Assembly (NCBI GenBank): GCA_024679065.1
Contig: JAGIQG010000006.1
Location: forward strand, 37,262,001-37,326,000
From: Sphyrna mokarran
Lineage: Eukaryota
Direction of reading: 5' to 3'
Length of the DNA: 64,000 bases
Positions within the stretch are counted from its first letter, which is position 1. Every line of letters starts with the position of its first letter. Below, in pieces: positions 1-13,044 of the stretch. Both the position numbers and the translations under genes were made by a program. A model generated the notes under the pieces. The model ran no database searches, was not told the origin of the DNA, and saw nothing but the letters and a program-made list of their open reading frames with translations.

Positions 1-440
1 TTAGACTGTTACAGAATATCGAGGTATCAACAATATTTCTCATGTTGCTGTCATAAGTTAAGATGCTTATTCAGATGCCCCCTTCCAGTTGTGCTCTTGG
101 CAAGCATGGCTAACCTGCTAAACTCCTGTGATTTAAACATGTGGGACTTGTACACAGTGTAGGCTGTCCTCCCTCAGTCCACTGCAATACTAACATTCCA
201 AATTACACCTAAACACTGATATGTTAATGGGGCACTTGTACTTTATCTGTTGGACAAGGACACTGAGTATTTTGGAAAGAAGCAGAGCACTTTGCAAAAT
301 GATTAGAAGTCAAATCCATCTTATATTTCCCCTATAGCAAGGAAACTTTTATAAAGGTTGGAATAGCTGACTAGGCATAATGTTCAGTTGGCAGTAGATT
401 TTATTTTATGAAGAGACAGGCATGCAATAATGATTCTAAA

Positions 441-796
441 GGATCACAGTGGCATAGTGGTTAGCACTGCTGCTTCACAGCATCAGGGAGCTGGGTTCAA
501 TTCCACCCTTAGGTGACTGACAGTGTGGAGTTTGCGTGTTCTTCCTGTGTTTGCCTGGGTTTCATCCGGTCTCTTCCCACAGTCCAATGATGTTGGATTG
601 ACTATGCTAAATTGTCCTTTAGTTCCCAGGGATATGTAGGTTAGGTGGATTGACCATGGTAAATGCATGGGGTTACAGGGATAGGACTGGGTGAAGGAGG
701 GAGGATGTGGTATACCTGGATAAGATGCTCTTTTGGAAAGCCAGTGCAGATTTCATGGGCTGAATGGCCTCTTTCTGCACTGTAGGGATTCTCTGG
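441..796 (+). mobile_element. HE1-like tRNA-derived V-SINE with CR1-type tail
   Basis: Head with A/B-box-like motifs (gtggcatagtggttagc...gggttcaattcc), V-domain core (gtgtggagtttgc...gggtttc...tcccacagtcc) and tail gggctgaatggcct...ctgtagggattct. Confidence 0.85.
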
Positions 797-1648
797 TGCA
801 TTGGCCTCAATCACATTTATTTATGATCACTGATACCTTGCATGTTAAATGTGTCTCAGTGTAATTGAACTATGACATTCTACATGCTGTAGATATATGT
901 ACATTCAATAACAGGAGGTATGGGAAGGAAATTACACAGGCCACACAATTGCTTCTACACTTCCAGGTGGCAGGAAGATTACTGTCTGGAATAATCTATA
1001 AGTACTTGCAGCCTGATGCATTCTTTAAATAATCAATAAAAGCCAATTTTCTCCCCTCCACTTCTGAAGGCAGTGATTCCTTTACCGCACGGCACCATGA
1101 TGCCTGCAGTTAATTGCCAAAATGGCCATTTTTCACATGCGAACGGATGATTTGATCGTTTAAGACATAACAAGCATTTTTGAAATCCTTTCCTAAAACA
1201 TCAATCAACATACGTGCATTCTTCCATAGTTATGAGCAGGAAACTAGGTTGATCTTTCCTCAGCAAAGGGATATTATGGATGACAGCTATTTCCTCGGCA
1301 ATATGAAATGTGCTCACAGTAGATCGGAAGCCTATTTTACATCAAACACTGACTTCAATAGGAAGCAATAAGCACCATGTAAAACAGACTGCACTTAACT
1401 TGCATCCCCTTGAGCTCAGATGTGATGAACCTAGAGGTATTTCACCTAAGATCAGTTAATAATCATGCAGCAGCAATCAATTTTTTAAAAATTATAGGTC
1501 TGAAAAGCTTGGTGCCATAGCATTCAGTGCATTTCAACAAAGAGCCTTAAAAGCACTGCAGGCAATCTTATCAAAAGATTCTAAGTGCCAAACGAGCATG
1601 GAAACAGGAGACTTAAAAGTCTTATCTTACCACACTCTAGCAAAAAAA

Positions 1649-1958
1649 TATAAGAACATAAGAAATAGGAGCAGGAGTAGGCCATCTAGACCCTTGAGCC
1701 TGCCCCGCTGTTCAATAAGATCATGGCTGATCTGAAGTGGATCAGTTCCAAATACCCGCCTGTTCCCCATATCCCTTAATTCCCTTATCGATCAGAAATC
1801 TATCTACCAGTGACTTAAACATATTCAACGAGGTAGCCTCCACTACTTCAAGGAGCAGAGAATTCCAGAGATTCGCTATCCTCTGAGAGAAGTTCCTCCT
1901 CAATTCTGTTCTAAATTGCCCCCCCTTACTTTGAGGCTATGCCCTCTAGTTCTAGTTT
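1649..1958 (-). mobile_element. CR1 LINE 3' fragment
   Basis: taagaac tail units and CR1 3'UTR (ggcctactcctgctcctatttctt on the - strand), followed by the end of ORF2. Confidence 0.85.
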
Positions 1959-1999
1959 CGAACTAAAAAGTTGACTAAGTTAAAATTCAGGGGAGTGGG

Positions 2000-2872
2000 T
2001 GGGGCTAAATCACCTGAAAGTCGGCTATTAGCAGCAGAGGGCATCATTGTACGTGTGCAGATTTTGGCATTCTGAAAGCATACAGACCTTTCACTGCCTC
2101 TGCAGCTTTCAGTGGCCTTTTGTGGCCAAACCCATTACCTCGCCGTGGCCATGGAACCTCAAGCGGCTCACAATTCACCCCTTCCACCCTGAACGATCAC
2201 AAACCCACTCCCCTCTACATGGCCAAATTTACCAGTTGCCACTCCCAGCCCAGTGTGATTGCCATTCCTCCTCCCCCCACCAATCACTGTTGAAGAGAGG
2301 CAGCAGTCCCCCCTACCCCCACCGCAACTACAGAATGTGCAGAAGTCCCCCTCAGATTGGCCCACCCCACTCAGGTCCTACCCGCTCAGGCTCTGTTGCT
2401 TTGGCACTTCCTGGTGCCAGGTGAGCAGTGCCATGTGTGAAGCTGGCACTGCCAAGGTGCCCAGTGGGCAGTGCCAGGCTGTGCCTGTAGGGCACATCCC
2501 CGTTCCTCATCTCCCAGGGGGCATTAATGGCCTTCAGTTTTACTGGTGAGGCCATCACATCTGGCTCCCATTAATGGGGGAGCTATATGTGATCTTTCCT
2601 GGTGAGGCCAGAGAGGCAAGTGAGTCGGTCGATAACAGCCTGGGCTCACTAATTACGTTAAAATTAGAGTTCAAGTATACTTACATAATATATTCCACCT
2701 TGTGCATTTTTGGATGCAAGGTGGATTGCAGTGGATATTCGATGTCGTTAAGATCGCGAAAGGTAAGAAATCTGGCACAGCCCTGATTTTTTTGCTGTCT
2801 CATGATCTTATCAGCTCGCCTTGCCCATTGACTGGCAGGGCACGATAGTAAGATTGTCCCTCTCCCCCCCAC
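2000..2872. mobile_element. GC-rich putative non-autonomous DNA transposon (Harbinger-like)
   Basis: Shares motifs (ggcactgccaaggtgccc; ctttggcac) with 23138-23530 and 30419-31513, and terminal architecture with 36440-36837; boundaries approximate. Confidence 0.45.
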
Positions 2873-2910
2873 CATGGTCTGGAAAATCTACAGTGGATCT
2901 ACAGATCTAC

Positions 2911-3179
2911 AGAGGAGGAACTTCTTCTCTTAGAGCTTAGTGAATCTTTGGAATTCTCTGCCCCTTGAAGTGGTGGATGCTACCTTGTTGAATATGTTTA
3001 AATCACAGGTAGATAGATTTCTGACCAATAAGGGAATTAAAGGTTACAGGGAGCAGGCAGGTAAGTGGAACTGATCCACTTCAGATCAGCCATGATCTTA
3101 TTGAATGGTGGGGCAGGCTTGAAGGGCTAAATGCCTACTCCTGCTCCTACTTCTTATGTTCTTATATGTTCTTATGTTC
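2911..3179 (+). mobile_element. CR1 LINE 3' fragment
   Basis: End of ORF2, 3'UTR and (ttcttatg)n tail; same subfamily as 1649-1958 but in opposite orientation. Confidence 0.85.
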
Positions 3180-3477
3180 AAGTGTCTGTCAGCTCAGGAC
3201 CTCAAACTCCAAACACATACATCCCCTAGCCCTGAAGAAAATAACTTTCAGTGTCTCTAGTGAATACGTAACCACTTATTAAACAATGAACTTTTAGTCC
3301 CTCATCTTCAGGGATCTGGTCCTTCAGGGATGTTTCATATTTGCTTTCTTTGGTCGTCTTAGGTGAAATACTAGAATGGCTACCAATTTTTATTGGCCAC
3401 ATTGGCAAGTTAAATGTTAATACATTCCTGCAGGAGTTTCCCAGGATAGGATAGAGCAATCTTCTGCCATTTCACCA

Positions 3478-3750
3478 ATGAGCTTCCCTCCAGCATATGG
3501 TCAGAAGCGGGGATGTTTGCCAATTGTACAGTGTTCAGTACCATTTCTAACTCCTCTATAATGACATAATTCATGCCTGAGTGCAGCAAACTCTGGGCAA
3601 CATTCTAGCTTGGGTTGACAAGCAGCAAGTCCCAGTCAATGACCATCTCTACTAACTATCTCTCCTTGACATACAACAGCATTGCCTTCACTGAATTCCC
3701 CACCATCAACATTTTGGGGATTACCATTGACCAAGCATTAACTGGGCATG
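3478..3750 (+). mobile_element. Degraded LINE RT fragment
   Basis: Remnant of the atga-cttccctcc...gggatgtttgc (NDLP..GMFADD-like) region; similar to 48480-49250 on the opposite strand. Confidence 0.5.
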
Positions 3751-6700
3751 CCCCTATCGAGATTCCTATTTGATCAGACTCATAAACAAACACCATCCAG
3801 GCAGCAATCCCTATAGATGTTTAACTATAAAATGATTCAGTCATATTACCATAAGGTATGGGAATAGGAAAGATATATCTTCAGGCTTCTCACACTATCC
3901 AGCTCTGCTGTGGAAATCAAAAAACTTCAAAGCAAAACGTTGCTTACTAAAAAACAATCAATTTTCTACTTGGCTGGAATGCTGCTTTACTTTGTCTCTC
4001 CACAGCTCTTCCCTAGTATCAAGCTGTGCACCAGGAGGTCTCACACAGCCATTCCACAAACACAGCTCTCAATGCCACTCTTTCCATACCTTATTCTCTC
4101 CTCCATCTTTTGATTCCATTGTCTTTTGCCCCTCTTTGAAACTTAACTTTTCCAAAATATGAAAAATGTTCTGCTTATTCAAACAAAATTTAATAACCTT
4201 GCCTTGTTTATCAGTGAAACCTTTGCAAGTCGTAAAAATATTTTTACTTCCCTTTGAAACAAAACCCTTCTTATTTCCAACTGCAAATTTCTACCTGTGG
4301 TTTGCTCACTTGGAGAAAATTCACATGGGCAATCTAATTCAAATGCATGCCTTTCACACATCCACTCCTTTGATGTCCTAAACCTTGTAGAAAATCAGTC
4401 CATGACTTAATTAAATTATGTTCTGTTCACTCACAATCACACATGCTTGTTTCACTGAATAACACAACAAACCCTCAAAATATTAAAAATTTCTCTTCTC
4501 TCTCATCACACAGTGTGACAACAGAAGAATGGTGAAGGCATTGAGAGAGGAGCAGTGAGGTAAAGAGCTGGCTCTTTTCAATATATATGCTGTCGGATCG
4601 TCACATAATATCACCAAGGGACAGAATGTAGATAAGAAATAGGATGGGGCCAAAGATAGTCCCATGGAGAACTTCAGATCTAATGATATGGAGGCAGGGA
4701 AGAGACATCACAGGAGATTCTCTCGCAAGGGTAACTTTGGGATCAGGATATTGAATTTGATGATCAGCTATGATCAAAACGAATGGATGAGCAGGCTCAA
4801 AGGTTCAAGTGGCCTCTTCCTGCATCTAGTGTCTATGTTTCTATAAGCAAGGCCATTTCAGCTCACCCTGAATCAAGTATTGATCCTTCTTTCCAAGCAG
4901 AATGATTTTCTTGATATCATTCCTGTATTTGCATGAAGCCAATTCTGAATGTTTGATCTTTAACACATTAGACCCCTCAGATCTTGGTCTTAGAATCTTA
5001 GCGGAGAGTTGTTGCTAATGGCACCAGTGGGAAGAGATGATGTCCCTTCATCTTGTTTTCTAACTGCTCCTGCTCAATTCTGCACTGAGTTCCACCCAGT
5101 AATATCTGCTCTCTCATAGCACTGTCAGCCCCCCCAATGAATATATTTGAGTTGCTGTTTGAATAAACAAGATGCTACGACACAATGGGCAGATTTAATA
5201 CAGGAGAATCCTTTAAGGGGCACCAAACTCTCAGCTTCTCCTTTCTTTAAACATTCAATCCCTTTGAGAGGTGTAAAGGACAGCCAACTGACATGTTATT
5301 ATCAGGTTATATCTCCCCTTATATCTCACCTACAGCTGAACATTGCCATATTGTTAAAGTCTTTACTGTGATCCCACAGAATTACAGAATTTGCCTCTTG
5401 CCCACCTGTGGTGGGTAGTAATGATAGCAGGACTGTGCATGGAGATACTGATTCAATGAGGAGACACAAAAACCAGTTCAGTGACTGAACTAGAGGAGCA
5501 TCACGGTAGCTGATTCCCCTCTTTAAGGATGGCTGAATGGATAAGTAAGTGAATGAAGTCGCTAAGTGAATTGGCTGGTATGGCAAACAAGTCCCCACTT
5601 AATGAAAGACCAAATGGCATGAGTTTGTGCCAGTTGTTGTGGGAGCCTTATGTTATGCATTATCAGGCAGATCACATCCCACTTGCCCTCATATGCTCCA
5701 TGCTGTACTCTGCCCAGGCACCGCCCCTCTCACACCCAGGATACTATGTCATTCGTCTTGCTTTGCATCCCAGCCCACATTCTACATTGCACGATCCTCT
5801 TCAGCTCTACCAATATTAGTTGCATTTCATGCTCAGCCACACTTTTAACAAACCGTGGTGAGGAGGTGTGAACGTGCTGAAGGATTGTGAACCAGTGGTG
5901 AGCTGGTTGCGCAGTGGTGAGGAGCAGTGAGCAGTGGTGAGGATATGACATGATACGCAGTGCGTGACCAAATCAGAATCCCACACATGAACATCACTTA
6001 AAGAAGAATTCTAATTCTTGTCATTATTGGCAGTGATTACAGATGTTATTCTTTCTCTGTCTTATTGGTAGATCGGGAATCCATGTTAAGTGAATTAAGG
6101 AAATTTAAGTAACAAATATTTTGTCAACATCAGAAGGAACTCTGGTTCATGTGACATGAATTGCAAAACAACACAATTACCCATGATTCAACGTGTATTA
6201 TAGATTACTTAATGTGCCTATTAGTGCCAATAATTATTTAGATGATAAAGGTTTAATTCTTCATCATTGCTGACTCTTCCCTTGATGAGTATGGTACATA
6301 AGCGGCAGGGTACAATTAAGTCTTTAATTTCACCAAAGCTTTTGTTTCTGTTGAGTTGTTGTTTACTCTTTCATTATAAAATAGGCCAATTTCCAACTGC
6401 CTAATTGACTGATGGGAAGATTGGTGGATAGATTCCATTTGCTTCCATAGTTCCATTCTATTTAGATCAACTCTTTGCTGCTTAGATCCATTTGCCGTGC
6501 TGTTGCAGAACTGTACACATTCTAATATTGGATTATGGGAGAGTGATCATCTCTGTGAAAACTATTGATAATTTGGACAACAACTGCAATTATAATGGGG
6601 ACTTCCATTTATGCAGCGTTCTTTAAAGTAAACTAAATTTCTCAATAAATTTTGTAGAAGCAAAGGATAAAATGATCGGTTAAATCAAATTATCGTGTTG

Positions 6701-7119
6701 GGTTTGCTCAAAATAAGTCTCTAAATTAGCTGTTTTAGGGTAGGTTGCCTGTTGAGAATGTCTGTCACTGGAATGGTCTGTGCTGTAACATATTGCTGAT
6801 ATTTGATGGCAGAAATACTGTACTGGATTTCAGGCTCTCCTGCAGGGTGGGGGAGGTGGGGTGGGTCTCATCCAGCTGCCCCAGTATATTACCAGTGGTG
6901 AGGGAAGGCTCATGCCTTGTGGCAAAACGCCCACATTTGACACCATGAACTGATTTCAGGCAAGAGAAAGGGTGGACATCTTTTACAGGGTCTTGCCTTA
7001 AAGCAGTAATGTTGCAAAAAGTGTTAAATATCGAGATGAGCTGTCAGTGCTAAAGCCACAGCATGGCGCTACTTGTGTGTCAAGCAGTACCAGTAGCAAG
7101 TGATGGACAGAGCTAAGCA

Positions 7120-8240
7120 ATTTTACAACCAATGGATCTAATCTAAGCTCTGCAATCCTGCTACATCCAGCCATGAATGGTGGAGGACAAATAAACAGCT
7201 CACTAGAGGAAGAGGTTCCACATATATCCCCATCTTCAATGATGGAAGAGCCAGCACATCAGTGCGAAAGATAATGCTGAAGCATTCATGGTAATCTCCA
7301 ACAAGAAGTATCAAGATGATGATCTATCATGGTCTCCACTGGAGGTCCCCAACATCACAGACACCAGCCTTTTGCCAATTTGATTCATTCTATGTGCTAT
7401 GAAGGACTGCTGAAGGCACAGGATACACAAAACTATGTGTAATATTCTAACTCTGTTAAGGGTTATGGTTTTAACAAAAAAAATGTTGTTTGAATCTATG
7501 TATACAAAATAACAACAGGTTTATTGTGGGAGCTGTTGACTGTACAGGACAGAATATAAAACCAGCTAGCAGTCTGTGAAAAACTCCAGTAACATCGCTA
7601 TCAAATCATGTGACTGACTCTGAAAGCAGTCACTCAACCACTTAAATATATAATGCTATGGGCTTGGCAATATTCCAACAAAGCTACTGAAGATTTGTGT
7701 TCCAGAACTTGCCATGTACCCAGCGGAGCTGTTTCAGTATAGCTACAACATTGGCAACTACTCAGCAATGTCGTGAATTGCTGAATATGTCATGTATAAA
7801 AGAAACAGGACAAATACAACCAAGCCAATTACTGCCCCATCAATCTATTCTCAATCATCAGTAAAGTGATGAAGGAGGTTATCAACAATGCAATCAAGCA
7901 GCATTACTCAGCAATAACCCACTCACAGATGGAACAGTTTGGGTCCCACCCGGGTCACTGAGCTCCTGACCTCATTACAACCTTAGTTCAAACATGGACA
8001 AAGTGGTTACATGTGAGTGACTGCCCTTGACAGCAAGGTAGCATTTGACTGAGTATGGCATCAATGATCCCTTGCAGAACTTGTCAGTGGGAATCAGGGG
8101 GAAAACTCTCCATTGGTTAGAGTCATTCCTGTAAAAACAAAAATGAATTGTGGTTTCTGGAGGTCATTCATTTTCGTTCCAGAGCATCACTGCAGGGTTT
8201 CCTCATGGTAATGCCCTAAACCCAACCAATGTCACTTGCT
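7120..8240 (+). mobile_element. Degraded LINE ORF2 (RT) fragment interrupted by an LTR-like insert
   Basis: Decayed translation near 7800-7870 resembles KKQDKSNPANYRPISLLSIISKVME; many stops and frameshifts. Confidence 0.75.
7438..7655 (-). mobile_element. Putative solo LTR (218 bp)
   Basis: 5-bp direct repeat ctatg at 7433-7437 and 7656-7660; starts tgtaat; AATAAA on the - strand; the flanking LINE sequence rejoins when it is removed. Confidence 0.6.
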
Positions 8241-8395
8241 TTGCCATAGAGTCATAGAGTCCTAGAGGCTTACAGCCTGGAAACAGACCCTTTGGCCCAT
8301 CTTGTCCATGCCATCCTTTCTTTTTTAAAACTTCTAGGCTAATCCCAATTGCCTGGATTTGGCCCATATCCCTCTATATCTATCGTATCCATGTA

Positions 8396-8885
8396 CAAAG
8401 AACAAAGAACAAAACAGCATGGGAAACAGGCCCTTCAGCCCAATGAGCCCACACCACCACCCCAATGTTCCCACCTCTATCCGTGATCCCTATCTATGTT
8501 TATAGATGCATGGATTAAAAACCAAATTTGAGACAATTTAGGGAGAAATTGTTTTGCCAGTTTGCCTAAGAGCACATCTTTGGGATGTGGGAGGAAACCG
8601 GAGCACCCGGAGAAAACCCACGCAAGCACGAGGAGAATGCGCAAACTCCCACAGACACAGGCCTAAATCCATGTATCTGCACAGCACAGCGATAGTCACT
8701 GAACTGTCGTGTTGCCCATCAATGGTCCAGGTCAAGCGTACACTAACGACGTGAAGCACTAGGATACTCTCAAAAAAAAATCCAAGAGCAGCCCTCTCAC
8801 AACCCATTGCGTGTATGCCCCTTGTTAGATAACAAGGTGGACCAAAGCACCTGTAGGATAAAAACAAGTACAAGTACATCAATAA
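8396..8885 (-). mobile_element. V-SINE variant with extended 5' region and (ttctttg)n CR1-type tail
   Basis: V-domain at ~8575-8660 and tail at 8396-8450; a related 3' portion occurs at 50893-51063. Confidence 0.7.
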
Positions 8886-9879
8886 CAACTATCTAAATGC
8901 TTTTTAAAAGACAAGATTGTATCTGCTTCTACTACTATCTCTGGCAGTTTGTTCCAAACGCTCACCACTATCTGTTTGAAAAAATTGCCCTTCTGGACAC
9001 TTTTGTATCTCTCCACTCTCACTTTAAAACTATGCCCTCTAGTTTTAGACAACCCTAAATTTGGGAAATGATATTGACTATCTAGCTGATCTATGCCTCT
9101 CATTATTTTATAGACCTCAGCAAGATCACCCCTTGGCCTCCTACGCTCCAGAGAAAAAAATCCCAGTCTACCCAGCCTCTCTTTATAACTCAATCTGTTA
9201 AGTCCCGGTAGCAGCCTAGTAAATCTTTTCTGCACTCTTTCTAGTTCAATAATACCCTTTCTATAATAGGGTGGCCAGAATTGCACACAGTATTCCAAGT
9301 TAGCCTTACCAATGTCTTACACAACTTCAACAAGGCATTTCAACTTCTGTATTATCTGTTCTGACGGATGAAACCAAGCATACCGAATGCCTTCTTCACC
9401 ACTCTGTCCACTTGCAACTCCAATTTCAAGGAGCTATGAACATATACCCTAGATCTCTTTGTTCTGTAACTCTTCCCAACTCCCTACCATTAACTGAACG
9501 ATCCTGCCTTAGTTCAATTTACCAAAATGCATCACCTCACATTTGCCTAAATCAAACTCCATGTGCCATTCATCAGCCCACTGGCCCAATTGATCAAGAT
9601 CCCATTGAAGTTGGAGATAATTTTCTTCACTGTCCACTATGCCACCAATCTTAGTGTGATCTGAAATCTTACTAACCATGCCCCCTATATTCTCATCCAA
9701 ATCATTAATATAAATGACAAATACCAGTGGGCCCAGCACTGTTCCCAGAGATACACCGCTGGTCACAGGCCTCCAGTTTGAAAAACAACTTTCTACAATT
9801 ATCCTCTGGCTTCTGCCAAGAACTCAGTAAGAATTTAGCAACACCAATTATTAATCCAACCGATTTATTTGATAGTAAA

Positions 9880-9920
9880 AAAGCGAGCTTTCAACACTCC
9901 CGTGTCTTCATCATGCAAGT
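9880..9920 (-). ncRNA. Minimal type I hammerhead ribozyme motif in the PLE terminal region (C3 mutated)
   Basis: - strand reads ttgc ATGATGA a gacac-ggga-gtgtt GAAA gc TC gc. This matches CUGANGA/stem II/GAAA/UH except for C3>A, with a palindromic AGCT stem III as in known PLE minimal hammerheads. Confidence 0.75.
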
Positions 9921-10131
9921 GCAGTGTTCTGGTCTGCAATAGCACACATCAGCACAGACAGTCAGAGATTGCTGATTAGAATGCGAATCCTTACATCTAA
10001 CCTGCTATTCAAGTGTTAAAGTGGCTAACAATGTGTGTGAAGGGAATCCTGAGCATTGTTTAGAGAATTGTGTATTTTCTCCAGACAGCACAGTAAGTGA
10101 GGTTTTTGCTAACCCAGGCAAGTTACGGGGG

Positions 10132-12222
10132 TTACAGATAGTGTGTCATGAAGCCAAGATCCCTGTTAAGACCGTCCTCATGTGTGCGGAGCTTGGCTAT
10201 CAGTCTCTGCTCAGCGACTCTGCGCTGTCGTGTATCACGAAAGCCCCCTTGAAGAACATTTACCCCCAGGTCGGAGGCCGAATGCCCATGACTGCTGAAG
10301 TGTTCGCCCACAGGAAGGGACCTGTTTTGCCTGGTGATTGCTGAGCGATGCTCATTCATCCGCTGTCGTAGTGTCTGCATGGTCTCCCCAATATACCATG
10401 CTTCGGGACATCCTTTCTTGCAACGTATTAGGTAGACAACGTTGGCCGAGTTGCAAGAGTATGTACCGTGCACCTGGTGAATGGTATCCTCACGTTTGAT
10501 GCTGTCGTCCATGTCTATGATCTGGCATGTCTTGCAGAGGTTGCTGTGGCAGGGTTGTGTGGTATTGTGGTCACTGTTCTCCTGAGGTTGGGTAGTTTGC
10601 TGCGAACAATGATCTGTTTGAGGTTGTGCGGTTGTCTGAAGGCAAGAAGTGGGGGGGTGGGGATGGCCCTAGCGAGATGTTCATCATCATCAATGATATG
10701 TTGAAGACTCCGGAGAAGATGTCGTAGCTTCTCCGCTCCGGGGAAGTACTGGACAACAAAGGGTACTCTGGCCACCGTGTCCCGTGTTCGTCTTCTGAGG
10801 AGATCAGTGCGGTTTATCGTTGTGGCACGTTGGAACTGTCGATCGATGAGTCGAGCGCCATATCCTGTTCTCACGAGTGCATCCTTCAGTGTCTGGAGGT
10901 GTCTGTCACGATCCTCCTCATCTGAGCAAATTCGGTGTATACGGAGGGCTTGTCCATAGGGAATGGCTTCTTTAACGTGTCTAGGGTGGAAGCGGGAGAA
11001 GTGGAGCATTGTGAGGTTGTCTGTCGGTTTTCGGTACAGTGAGGTGCTGAGGTGACCGTCCTTGATGGAGATGCGTGTGTCCAAGAATGCAACTGATTCT
11101 GGAGAATAGTCCATGGTGAGTCTGATGGTGGGATGGAATTTGTTGATATCATCATACAATTGTTTCAATGATTGTTCACCATGAGTCCAAAGGAAAAAGA
11201 TGTCATCAATGTATCTAGTATATAACCTTGGTTGGAGATCTTGTGTGGTGAAGAAGTCTTGTTCGAACCTGTGCATGAAGATGTTGGCATACTGAGGTGT
11301 GAATTTGATCCCCATGGCTGTTCCGTGTGTCTGGATGAAAAGCTGATTGTTGAAGGTGAAGACATTGTGGTCCAAGATGAAGCGGATGAGTTGTAAAATT
11401 GCATCTGGAAACTGGCAGTTGTTGGCATTGAGTACTGAGGCAGTTGCATCAATACCATCGTCGTGGGGGATGTTGGTGTAGAGCGCCGAGACATCCATTG
11501 TGACAAGGAGTGTCCCTGTTTCTACTGCTCCGTGTGTGCTGAGTTTCTGCAGGAAGTCCGTAGTGTCAAGACAAAAGCTGGGGGTTCTTTGTACGATGGG
11601 TTTCAGGATGCCCTCGATATAGCCAGAGAGGTTCTCACACAGGGTCCCATTGCCAGATACGATGGGACGGCCAGGTATGTTTGCCTTGTGTATCTTTGGG
11701 AGGCAGTAGAGATCGCCAATGCGGGGAGTACGTGGAATGAGAGCCCGGAGGGTGTTCTGAAGGTCCGGATCAAGGGTTTCGATCAGAGTGTTGAGTTGAC
11801 GCGTGTGTTCTTTGGTCGGATCTGCTGGTAACTGTCTGTAGTGTTTCTCATTGTTTAGTTGTCGGTACCCTTCTTCACAGTAGTCCGTTTTGTTCAGTAT
11901 GACGGTGGCGCCTCCTTTGTCTGCTGGTTTGATGACAATGTTGCGGTTGGTCTTGAGAGCACGGATGGCCTTGCGTTGTCCTTGGGTGATGTTCGGGACT
12001 GTCTTGTAAGTGCGGTTGATAAATCTGGTGTTCACGCACCTCCTGATGGCTTGGGCATACATGTCCAGTCGGGGGCAGCGGCCTTCCGGAGGAGTCCCAT
12101 TGGATTCATTCCTCTTCGGTTGCTGCACTGCGGATCCCTCTGTCGGCTGTTCTGGTTCATTCGCTATCTCATTGAGTCCACTATTGGCCTCTTGGGGTTT
12201 GTGGAAGAAACCGAAACCTTCT
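10132..12222 (-). pseudogene. PLE RT + GIY-YIG endonuclease ORF broken by one frameshift near 10583
   Basis: RT motifs IVIKPADKGG, LPKIHK, GRPIVS, MDVSALYTNIP, GTAMG and RYIDDIF; Cys linker PCHSNLCKTC in the shifted frame; endonuclease NVVYLIRC...YIGET...LRQRMNEHR...HF...GLNRD. Confidence 0.93.
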
Positions 12223-13044
12223 TTCTGCCAAGAAGCCAACTTTGTTTCCATTTAGGCACTTCACCCTGGATTCCGTGAGATTTAACCTTTTGCAACAATC
12301 TACCCTGCGGTACCTTGTCAAAGGCCTTGTTAGAGTCCTTGTAGACAATATCAACTGCACTGCCCTCATCTACCTTCTTGGTTACCCCTTCAAAAAACTC
12401 AATTAAATTTGTGAGATATGATTTTCCATTCACAAAACCATGCTGACCGTCCTTAATCAGTCCTTGCATCTTTAATGCTTGTAGATTCTTCCAACAATTT
12501 ACTCACCACAGATGTGAGGCTAACTGGCCTATAGTTCATAGGCTTTTCCCTGCAGCCCTTTTTAAACAAAGACACTATATTTATGATTCTCCAATCTTCA
12601 GACACATCACCCATGACTATCTATGATTTAAATATCTCTACTAAGGGACCCACAATTTCCTCCCTAGCCTCCCACGACGTCCTGGGATACACTTTATCAG
12701 ATTCCAGGGTTTTATCTGCCTCGATGTGCTTTAAGACTTCCAGCACCTCCCTCTCTGTAATATGTATACTTCTCAAGGCATCACTGTTTATTTCCCCATA
12801 CTGACTCCAGGGTTGCTCAGCTTGATTTGCAGGGAATGCCGGAAGAGAAATCGGACTTTTCAGGTCACTTTCCCCCAGGATGGGTTTGTAGAGCTGCTAA
12901 ATGACTGTTCTCCTGATCCGGGAGAGAAATTCCAGGCCTATGAGTTCAGGTTGGGTTTTGTAAATTGATACTTTGTTCCAGAGGTGGCAGAGGGTTGAGA
13001 CTGGAAGTTCTAATTCCAACAAATAGTTAAAGGAAGGGTTCATA

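Larger units (their letters stand above)
9823..12222 (-). mobile_element. Penelope-like element, Neptune-type, 5'-truncated
   Basis: 12-bp TSD ttctgccaagaa at 9811-9822 and 12223-12234; RT plus GIY-YIG coding; hammerhead-like motif and AATAAA in the 3' terminal segment. Confidence 0.95.
8245..12800 (-). mobile_element. CR1 LINE (5'-truncated) carrying two nested insertions: SINE-like 8396-8885 and PLE 9823-12222
   Basis: ORF pieces QHGFVNGKSYLTNLIEFFE, GVSLGTVLGPLVFVIYINDLDE and EYCVQFWPPYYRKGIIELERVQKRFTR are collinear on the - strand; catagagt tail units at 8245. Confidence 0.92.

Noticed and set aside
1070-1371. Possible exon(s) after cttctgaag and ctttcctcag
   Set aside because: Frames are short and unrecognised, with no convincing donor or consistent gene model.
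12223-12251. ATG start METKLASWQK of the 578-aa ORF
   Set aside because: It lies in the TSD and flanking CR1 sequence, so the in-frame fusion to the truncated PLE ORF is fortuitous.
10021-12278. Several + strand ORFs overlapping the PLE
   Set aside because: Antisense shadows of the RT/EN frame with no recognisable motifs.
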